A model generated the notes under the pieces. That model did no database searches and was not told the DNA's origin. It saw nothing but the letters and a program-made list of their open reading frames with translations. From Gammaproteobacteria bacterium (GTDB lineage: Bacteria > Pseudomonadota > Gammaproteobacteria > Ga0077536), in assembly GCA_019747795.1 (NCBI GenBank), contig JAIEQK010000011.1, positions 7,737-71,736 on the forward strand: a stretch of 64,000 nt of DNA, given 5' to 3'. This document shows positions 9,399 to 16,340 of the stretch, piece by piece (within the stretch, counting starts at the first letter, position 1; each line of letters opens with the position of its first letter). A program made the translations under genes and the position numbers.

Positions 9399-9881
9399 AT
9401 GACAGACACATCCACTGCCGGCGCGCTGCTGCGCGAGATCGCCCGCAGGTATTCCCGCGCGCAACGGGTGGTCGCCGACTGTTGCCGGGCGACAGGCACC
9501 CAGTGCCATCTGCTGACCGAGCTGGATGGTGCGGGACCGCTCTCACTGATCGATCTCGGCGCCCGCCTGTGCCTGGAGAAGAGCTGGGTGTCCCGCGCGG
9601 TCGATGCCATGGTCCAGCGCGGCCTGGTCACCAAGGAGCCCAACCCCGCGGACGCGCGCAGCTGGCTGGTCACCTTGACCCCGGCCGGCGCGCAGACCGC
9701 CGCCGAACTCAACCGCAGCCTGGACAACCACGCCGAGCAGCTTCTGGCCGGGCTCAATGCCCGCCAGCGCGCGAGCGTCGAAGCCAGCCTGCACCTCCTG
9801 ATGGAGGCCCTCAAACAGGACGGCGCGGCCAACTGCTGCCTGCCCGCCACCACGAAGAAAGGAGCGAACGCATGCTGCTGA
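9399..9881 (+). CDS. MarR-family transcriptional regulator with vicinal-cysteine pairs at both termini.
   Basis: wHTH core 'LTELDGAGPLSLIDLGARLCLEKSWVSRAVDAMVQRGLV'. N-terminal 'ADCCRATGTQC'. C-terminal tail 'ANCCLPATTKKGANACC*'. Confidence 0.75.
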   Translation: MTDTSTAGALLREIARRYSRAQRVVADCCRATGTQCHLLTELDGAGPLSLIDLGARLCLEKSWVSRAVDAMVQRGLVTKEPNPADARSWLVTLTPAGAQTAAELNRSLDNHAEQLLAGLNARQRASVEASLHLLMEALKQDGAANCCLPATTKKGANACC

Positions 9882-11749
9882 ACGAATCCCTGCGTCTGCG
9901 GCCCGCCACGCCGGCCGACTGGCCGATGATCGCGAGCTTGCTGGAATGCGAGCAGCTGCCCCTGGCCGGCGCGCGCGAACACCTGGCCACCTTCGTGGTG
10001 GCGGTCCTGGACGACCGCGTGGTGGGCGTGGCCGGCGCCGAAGTCCATGGCGATGTGGCCCTGCTGCGTTCGGTGGCGGTGGAGAAGGGGATGCAAGGTC
10101 GCGGCATCGGCCGGCGCATGGTCGAGCTGATGCTGAGTGAGGCCGCGCGCCGCGACATCGTCGAGGTGTATCTCCTCACCACTGGCGCCGCCGAGTACTT
10201 TCCGCGCTTCGGTTTCAGCCCGCGCGAGCGCGCGAGCGCGCCCGCCGCGCTGGCGGCCTCCGCGGAGTTCCAGGGCGCCTGCCCGGACTCGGCGGCGCTG
10301 CTCGGTCTGCGCCTGCGCGATCGAGTGATGCCGAGCGGCGAGCTGCCGGTTGCCGTAATCGGCGCCGGGCCGGTGGGGCTGGCCGCGGTGGCGCGCCTGC
10401 TCGAACGCGGCATCGAGCCCCTGGTGTTCGAAGCGGGCGCCACCGTGGCCGCGAGCTACGTCGACTTCGGTCACGTGCGTCTGTTCTCGCCCTGGCGCGC
10501 GAACATCGACCCGTGCATGGCCGCGATGCTCGAGGCCCGCGGCTGGACGCCGCCGCCCAGTGAAGATCTGCCGCTCGCGAGCGAGGTCGTGAGCGGCGTG
10601 CTGGAACCCTTTGCCGCGCTGCCGGAAGTGGCGCGCAGCCTGCACCTGCAAAGCAAGGTGGTGGCCATTACGCGCGAGGGCCATGACAAGGTGCAGAGCG
10701 CAGGCCGCGAGGCCGCGCCCTTCGTCCTGCGCGTCGAGCGCGACGGTGTCGTGCAGGAGTTTCGCGCACGCGCCGTGATCGACGCGAGCGGCACCTGGCA
10801 GTCGCCGAATCCGCTGGGCGGGAACGGCCTGCCGGCGCTGGGCGAAGAGCAGCTGGCGACTTTCATCCACTACGGCATTCCGGACGTGCTCGGCAGCGCG
10901 CGAGCGCGCTATGCCGGCAAGCGCACGCTGGTGGTCGGCGCCGGTCACTCCGCGGCGAACAGCCTGCTCGCCCTGGCCGAACTGGCGCGCGAAGCGCCGG
11001 GCACGCGTTTCGTGTGGGCGGTGCGCTCCGAGTCGCTCGCCCGCGTGTTCGGCGGCGGCGCGGCCGATGGCCTGCCGGCGCGCGGCCAGCTTGGCCAGGC
11101 GCTGAAGGCGCTTCGCGACTCGGGCCAGATGGAGTTCGTGAGCGGCGTACGTATCGACGCCATGGAACGCGACGGCAAGGCCTTGCGCGTGCGCGGCCGA
11201 CGGGTCCGTGGCGAGACGGTGGACATCGCGGGCATCGACGAGATCATCTGCGCCACCGGTCAGCGACCCGATCTCGGCATGACGCGCGAACTGCGCCTGG
11301 CGCTCGACCCCTGGCTGGAATCGGTCCAGGCCCTCGGGCCGCTGATCGATCCCAACCTGCACAGCTGCGGCTCGGTGCGCCCCCACGGGCACCGCGAGCT
11401 GTCGCACCCGGAAGCGGGCTTCTACACCGTCGGCGTGAAGAGCTACGGCCGCGCGCCGACCTTCCTGATGATGACCGGCTTCGAACAGGTGCGCTCGGTG
11501 GTGGCGGCCTTGGCGGGCGACCTCGCGGCCGCCGACCGGCTGGAGCTCGAACTCCCCGAGACCGGCGTGTGCTCGGTCAGCGCCGATCTCGACCTGGGTG
11601 CGGGCAGCGCCTGTTGTGGGACGAGCGAGGTCGAGATCCCGGCGCCCTCGGCCAGCGCCTGCTGCGCGGCGCCCTCGGCATCGATGCCAGCGGCCGAGAG
11701 CGCCTGCTGCGCGAAGCCGGTCGCCAAGCCTGCGGCCTGCTGCGGCTGA
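9872..11749 (+). CDS. Fusion protein: N-terminal GNAT acetyltransferase (ArsN-like) plus FAD/NAD(P)-binding flavin monooxygenase/oxidoreductase (ArsO/CzcO-like) plus a C-terminal tail of four Cys-Cys pairs.
   Basis: GNAT motif 'VAVEKGMQGRGIGRRMVE'. Two Rossmann dinucleotide motifs: 'VAVIGAGPVGLAAVARLLERG' and 'TLVVGAGHSAANSLLAL'. Tail 'SACCGTSEVEIPAPSASACCAAPSASMPAAESACCAKPVAKPAACCG*'. The start overlaps the marR end by 10 nt. Confidence 0.7.
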   Translation: MLLNESLRLRPATPADWPMIASLLECEQLPLAGAREHLATFVVAVLDDRVVGVAGAEVHGDVALLRSVAVEKGMQGRGIGRRMVELMLSEAARRDIVEVYLLTTGAAEYFPRFGFSPRERASAPAALAASAEFQGACPDSAALLGLRLRDRVMPSGELPVAVIGAGPVGLAAVARLLERGIEPLVFEAGATVAASYVDFGHVRLFSPWRANIDPCMAAMLEARGWTPPPSEDLPLASEVVSGVLEPFAALPEVARSLHLQSKVVAITREGHDKVQSAGREAAPFVLRVERDGVVQEFRARAVIDASGTWQSPNPLGGNGLPALGEEQLATFIHYGIPDVLGSARARYAGKRTLVVGAGHSAANSLLALAELAREAPGTRFVWAVRSESLARVFGGGAADGLPARGQLGQALKALRDSGQMEFVSGVRIDAMERDGKALRVRGRRVRGETVDIAGIDEIICATGQRPDLGMTRELRLALDPWLESVQALGPLIDPNLHSCGSVRPHGHRELSHPEAGFYTVGVKSYGRAPTFLMMTGFEQVRSVVAALAGDLAAADRLELELPETGVCSVSADLDLGAGSACCGTSEVEIPAPSASACCAAPSASMPAAESACCAKPVAKPAACCG

Positions 11750-11758
11750 GACGCGTCG

Positions 11759-12946
11759 ATGTCGCGCACCGCGACCGTGGTCGTGCTCGGCATCGGCCAG
11801 ACGCTGGGTTGGGGCTCGACCTACTACCTGCCCGCGGTGCTGGCCGCGCCGATGGCCCAGGAACTGGGCGTGCCGACCGCGATGGTCTACGCGGCGTTCT
11901 CCGCGTCGCTGGTTCTGTCCGCCCTGGTCGGTCCGCTGGCCGGGCGTCTCATCGACGCCCACGGCGGACGCGGACTGCTGATGGCGACCAACGTAGTCTT
12001 CGCGCTGGGCCTCGCCGCGCTCGGCGCCGCGCAGGGCGTGCTCTCGCTGTTCGCGGCCTGGGCGGTGCTCGGCATCGGCATGGGCAGTGGGCTCTACGAG
12101 GCGGCGTTCGCCACCGTGGTCAGGCTGTGGCGCTACGAATCGCGCAACGCCATCACCGGCATCACGCTCATCGCGGGCTTCGCCAGCACCGTGGCCTGGC
12201 CGCTCAGCGCCTGGCTGAACGCGGAGTTCGGTTGGCGCATCGCGTGTCTCGCCTGGGCGGGGCTGCATCTCGGCGTCGCCTTGCCCTTGCACATGCGCGT
12301 GCCGCGTCCTTCGGCGGACGAGGCGCCAGCCGAGCAGAGCGCCGCGTCGACGCCGACGTCGGAGCACCGCTCCACACCTGAACTGCTGCCCGCCAATCCC
12401 ACCGTCACCGCGGCCGTGCTCGGCTACGTGTTCGCCGTCACCTGGTTCATCGCCACCGCGATGGCGGCCCATCTGCCGCGCATGCTCGAGGCGGCCGGCG
12501 CGAGCGTGACGCTGGCGGTGGCGGCGGGCGCCTTGATCGGCCCGGCCCAGGTGGGCGCGCGATTGCTGGAGTTCAGCCTGCTGCGCCACATCTCCCCGCT
12601 GTTCTCCGCCAGGCTCGCGGCCCTGGCCCATCCGCTCGGCGCGCTGGTGCTGCTGTTCGGCGGAGGCGCCTACGCCGCCGCGTTCACGGTGCTGCACGGC
12701 GCGGGTAACGGCATCCTGACCATCGCCAAGGGCACCTTGCCGCTGGTGTTCTTCGGCCCGGATGGCTACGGCGCCCGCCAGGGCTGGCTGATGCTGCCGG
12801 CGCGGGTCGCGCAGGCCGTCGCGCCACTTGCCTTCAGCCTGGCCCTGGACGGACTGGGTGGCCAGGTGGCCTGGTTGTCCGGTGGACTCGCGACCAGTGC
12901 GCTGCTGGCGCTGCTGGTGCTCAGACCGCCCGTGCGGCGCCTATGA
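11759..12946 (+). CDS. MFS transporter. Possible metalloid/organoarsenical efflux permease.
   Basis: 12 predicted TM helices. MFS signature region 'GPLAGRLIDAHGGRG'. Lies 10 nt downstream of the GNAT-FMO gene. Confidence 0.7.
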   Translation: MSRTATVVVLGIGQTLGWGSTYYLPAVLAAPMAQELGVPTAMVYAAFSASLVLSALVGPLAGRLIDAHGGRGLLMATNVVFALGLAALGAAQGVLSLFAAWAVLGIGMGSGLYEAAFATVVRLWRYESRNAITGITLIAGFASTVAWPLSAWLNAEFGWRIACLAWAGLHLGVALPLHMRVPRPSADEAPAEQSAASTPTSEHRSTPELLPANPTVTAAVLGYVFAVTWFIATAMAAHLPRMLEAAGASVTLAVAAGALIGPAQVGARLLEFSLLRHISPLFSARLAALAHPLGALVLLFGGGAYAAAFTVLHGAGNGILTIAKGTLPLVFFGPDGYGARQGWLMLPARVAQAVAPLAFSLALDGLGGQVAWLSGGLATSALLALLVLRPPVRRL

Positions 12947-13060
12947 ATACGTCGAGTGACCCATGCGCGTCTCGCGCCGTCCACGGCAGCGCGGAACCCC
13001 ACACGGGCTGTCTCCCACAACCATCACCATCACCCTGAACCTTCAACCGAGGATAGACAC

Positions 13061-13339
13061 ATGAGCACTCTCTCCATGCGCGATCGCGAACTCGTGGCGC
13101 TGGGCGCCGCGCTGGCCAGCAACTGCATCCCCTGCATCGAGTTCCACGTGCCCGCCGCCCGCAAGGCCGGCCTGAGCGACGCCGACATCGCCGAAGCCAT
13201 CGCGCTGGCCGACAAGATCCGCAAGGTCCCGGCGGACAAGGCGCTCGATGCCGCGCACGCGCAGCTGGGCGCGGCGCCGGCCGTGGCTGGCAGCGCCTGT
13301 TGCGCGCCCTCGGCAGAGCCGGGCAAGGCGTGTTGTTGA
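13061..13339 (+). CDS. Carboxymuconolactone-decarboxylase/AhpD-like small redox protein with a C-terminal di-Cys-pair tail.
   Basis: AhpD-core CxxC motif 'ASNCIPCIEFH'. Tail 'SACCAPSAEPGKACC*'. 92 aa. Confidence 0.65.
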   Translation: MSTLSMRDRELVALGAALASNCIPCIEFHVPAARKAGLSDADIAEAIALADKIRKVPADKALDAAHAQLGAAPAVAGSACCAPSAEPGKACC

Positions 13340-13391
13340 GCGCGCGGCCCGGCCGTCCGCGGGGCGGCCGGGCCCATGGAGGACCGCGTCC

Positions 13392-14030
13392 ATGAACGAT
13401 TCGCCGAGCATCGAACTCGACTTCGATGTCATCGCGCGCGAGCAGTCTCCCGCGCTGCTGCGCTATCTGCGCCGACGTGTCGGGGACCACGCCGACGCCG
13501 CCGATCTCTTGCAGGAGACGCTGATCAAGGCGAGCCGTGGTCTCGGCAGCTTCGCCGGCCGCGCGTCGCTGCAGACCTGGCTGTTGGCCATCGCCCGCAA
13601 TGTCGCCAACGATTTCCTGCGCAGACCCGAGCGCCGTCACTCGTTCGTTGCGGTGGAGGAGGCCATCGAGGTGGAGGACGGCGCACTCGGCGTCGAGCAG
13701 CGCATGGAAGCCGACGAGACGAATCTTTGCGTGCGCGAAGTCATCGACAGCCTGACGCCGGACTACCGCGCGGCGCTCATCCTCCACGACCTGGAAGGTC
13801 TGGATTGCGAGCAGACCGCCGAAGTCGTGGGTGGCAGCGTGGGCGCGGTCAAGGTGCGCCTCCACCGCGCGCGCCTGCGTCTCAAGTCCGTGCTCGAGCG
13901 CAGGTGCGGCTTCTATCGAGACAGCGACAGCGTGCTGCGCTGTGAGCGACGGGACGTGTCGTCGATCCCCGCGGGTGGAGCAGCCGACCGGTCGCCAACG
14001 CCTCCGCGCGCGTTGGGCGTATTTCTGTAA
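13392..14030 (+). CDS. ECF-type RNA polymerase sigma-70 factor with a ~50-aa Cys-containing C-terminal extension.
   Basis: Region 2 'LLRYLRRRVGDHADAADLLQETLIKA'. Region 4 'YRAALILHDLEGLDCEQTAEVVGGSVGAVKVRLHRAR'. Extension '...RRCGFYRDSDSVLRCERRD...'. Confidence 0.8.
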   Translation: MNDSPSIELDFDVIAREQSPALLRYLRRRVGDHADAADLLQETLIKASRGLGSFAGRASLQTWLLAIARNVANDFLRRPERRHSFVAVEEAIEVEDGALGVEQRMEADETNLCVREVIDSLTPDYRAALILHDLEGLDCEQTAEVVGGSVGAVKVRLHRARLRLKSVLERRCGFYRDSDSVLRCERRDVSSIPAGGAADRSPTPPRALGVFL

Positions 14031-14287
14031 CTCCTGTGGCGTTGCTCGCGTCTATCTGTCCAGGGCGCTCGATCGCGATCAACGAGGTCGAGCATGACGG
14101 AGGCAGAGAAGATGAGGGCCATTCGAATGGAATACGTTATGAGAATTCGTCGCCGCGTACTTGGCTTGCTTGCACGGGCGCGAGCGCGCATCGCTCACCT
14201 GTGCGGAAGGATGTCGGCCTGCTGCGCGGGCCGGGGTTGCATCTCGACCGCCGCGCACGGTGATACCCCGACCGGGAGCACGCGCAC

Positions 14288-14440
14288 ATGAGCGCCGAGC
14301 TCGAGAAACGCCGAGACGAGGCGCTGGTCAGCGTCGCCTGGCTGGCGGACAACCTCGATCGACCGGGCCAGCGCATCGTCGACATGCGCAAGGGCGATGG
14401 CTATGACGCTGCCCACATACCCGGGGCCGTCAGCCGATGA
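14288..14440 (+). pseudogene. Truncated rhodanese/sulfurtransferase N-terminal fragment (50 codons).
   Basis: Translation 'MSAELEKRRDEALVSVAWLADNLDRPGQRIVDMRKGDGYDAAHIPGAVSR*' matches the start of a rhodanese domain through the AHIPGA motif, then hits a stop. Neither continuing frame extends the domain. ATGA overlap with the next ORF. Confidence 0.35.
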
Positions 14441-15216
14441 CTACCCGTGTAATCCTGTCCGGGCGTGACGCCGAACTGGTCGCTCAGGTTCGTAGGCGCC
14501 TGGCGGCAGCGTGTGACGGTCGAGGGGGCATGACGATTGAGGTGGCATCCGCCGCCGGCGCATCCTGCGATCTCTGGATCGCGTTGGACCCCGGCGCGGA
14601 CGGCCCGCCGGCGCCGCCGCTGCGGCCACGCTACGTCGATTGGTCGTTGCTTGGTGGCTGGTGGGCGAGCAACCGACAGGCGCATGCCGATCCCAGCGCC
14701 GCGTACGCCGCGCTGGACGCGCTGCTGCAGCCGCGTATCGCCGTGCTGCTTGCGCTGCTGCCGGTGCCGGGCGGACCCGCCGCCGCGGAATTCCACGCCA
14801 GCCTGCGCGTGCAGGACCTGCCGCGCAGCGTGGCCTTCTACGCCTGGCTGCTCGACACCTGGCCGCGGGAGTGGACACACCGCTATGCGACCTTCATCCG
14901 GCCGGATCTCGCGCTCAACTTCGTGCTGATGGTCGCCGACGGCAACGCGCTTCACCACGACACGCTGTATCACCTCGGGATCGCGCTGCCGGATCGGGCC
15001 GCGGTCATCGATGCCTATCACCGCGCGCGCGCTTTCGGCGCCTGCATCTCGAAGCCGCCGCGCACGACCTGGCGGGGAACGCCACTGCACGAACTGTGGC
15101 TGGAGGATCCCGACGGTACGCTGATCGAGATCTATGCGCGCCTGACGCCCGCGGAACTGGCCGACATGCCGGCGGACCAGGCGCCGGTGTTCCTGGTGCC
15201 CGGCACGGCGCCGTGA
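14437..15216 (+). CDS. VOC-superfamily (glyoxalase/bleomycin-resistance/dioxygenase fold) protein with an uncharacterised ~110-aa N-terminal region.
   Basis: C-terminal half 'FHASLRVQDLPRSVAFYAWLLDT...HLGIALPDRAAVIDAYHRARAFG...HELWLEDPDGTLIEIYAR' is typical of glyoxalase-I-like beta-alpha-beta-beta-beta modules. It has no vicinal Cys, so it is not an ArsI-type C-As lyase. Confidence 0.6.
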   Translation: MTTRVILSGRDAELVAQVRRRLAAACDGRGGMTIEVASAAGASCDLWIALDPGADGPPAPPLRPRYVDWSLLGGWWASNRQAHADPSAAYAALDALLQPRIAVLLALLPVPGGPAAAEFHASLRVQDLPRSVAFYAWLLDTWPREWTHRYATFIRPDLALNFVLMVADGNALHHDTLYHLGIALPDRAAVIDAYHRARAFGACISKPPRTTWRGTPLHELWLEDPDGTLIEIYARLTPAELADMPADQAPVFLVPGTAP

Positions 15217-15222
15217 GCGCGA

Positions 15223-15245
15223 GGGGCGCCCGTCGTCGGGCGCCC
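15223..15245. terminator. GC-rich hairpin between the convergent VOC and acr3 genes. Candidate bidirectional terminator.
   Basis: GGGGCGCCCG-tcgt-CGGGCGCCC inverted repeat read directly in the sequence. Confidence 0.35.
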
Positions 15246-15253
15246 AGGTGAGA

Positions 15254-16306
15254 TCAGGCCGTCCGCAAGCCGCGCTCGTACCACTGCTTGGAGCGATTCA
15301 CGACGCGCACCACCAGCAGCATCACCGGGACTTCGATCAGCACGCCCACCACGGTCGCGAGCGCCGCGCCGGACTCGAAGCCGAACAGGCTGATGGCGGC
15401 CGCGACCGCCAGTTCGAAGAAGTTCGATGCGCCGATCAGGGCCGATGGACAGGCCACGTCATGGGACTCGCCCAACGCGCGGTTCAGCCCATAGGCCAGC
15501 GCCGAGTTGAACAGCACCTGCAACAGTATCGGTACCGCGAGCAGGGCGATCACCAGCGGCTGATCGAGGATGGCCTTGCCCTGGAAAGCGAACAGCAGCA
15601 CCAGCGTCGCGAGCAGCGCGGTGATCGACCAGGGACCGATGCGTTCCATCGCGGCGTCGAAGGCCGCCTGGCCGCCGGCCAGCAGGCGTCGGCGCCACGC
15701 TTGCGCCAGCAGCACCGGGATGACGATGTACAGCACGACCGACGTGAGCAAGGTCGCCCATGGCACGGTGATGGACGAGATGCCGAGCAGGAGCGCGACG
15801 ATGGGCGCGAAGGCGAACACCATGACGGTGTCGTTCAAGGCCACCTGCGAAAGCGTGAACAGCGGATGGCCATTGGTGAGACGGCTCCACACGAACACCA
15901 TCGCCGTGCAGGGCGCGGCCGCCAGCAGGATGAGGCCGGCGATGTAGCTGTCCAACTGCTCTGCCGGCAGCCAGGGCGCGAACAGGCCGCGAATGAACAC
16001 CCAGCCGAGCAGCGCCATCGAGAACGGCTTCACCAGCCAGTTCACGAACAGCGTCACGCCTATGCCTTTCATGTGTCGGCGCACTTCGTGCAGCGCGCCG
16101 AAGTCCACCTTCACCAGCATCGGGATGATCATCACCCAGATGAGCAGGCCCACTGGCAGGTTGACCTGCGCGAACTCGAGCCGGCCGATGGCCTGGAACA
16201 GGCTGGGCAGCGCCTGGCCGGCGCCGATGCCGACCAGGATGCAGAGAAACACCCACAGCGTCAGGTAGCGCTCGAAGATGCTCATGGGTGCGGGGGCAGT
16301 GCTCAC
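15254..16306 (-). CDS. acr3: Arsenite efflux permease, ACR3 family.
   Basis: 'FERYLTLWVFLCILVGIGAG' N-terminus and conserved 'AAAPCTAMVFVWS' Cys motif. ~345 aa with 10 TM helices. Last gene of the arsRDA-acr3 operon. Confidence 0.9.
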   Translation of the reverse strand: MSTAPAPMSIFERYLTLWVFLCILVGIGAGQALPSLFQAIGRLEFAQVNLPVGLLIWVMIIPMLVKVDFGALHEVRRHMKGIGVTLFVNWLVKPFSMALLGWVFIRGLFAPWLPAEQLDSYIAGLILLAAAPCTAMVFVWSRLTNGHPLFTLSQVALNDTVMVFAFAPIVALLLGISSITVPWATLLTSVVLYIVIPVLLAQAWRRRLLAGGQAAFDAAMERIGPWSITALLATLVLLFAFQGKAILDQPLVIALLAVPILLQVLFNSALAYGLNRALGESHDVACPSALIGASNFFELAVAAAISLFGFESGAALATVVGVLIEVPVMLLVVRVVNRSKQWYERGLRTA

Positions 16307-16340
16307 GAGGGGGACTCCATTGGTGCGTGTGGTCGAATGA

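Noticed and set aside
9386-12697. 1103-aa minus-strand ORF antisense to the GNAT-FMO and MFS genes
   Set aside because: Extremely Arg/Gly/Ala-rich low-complexity translation with no recognisable motifs. It overlaps two well-supported plus-strand genes. This is a typical stop-codon-poor antisense frame in high-GC DNA.
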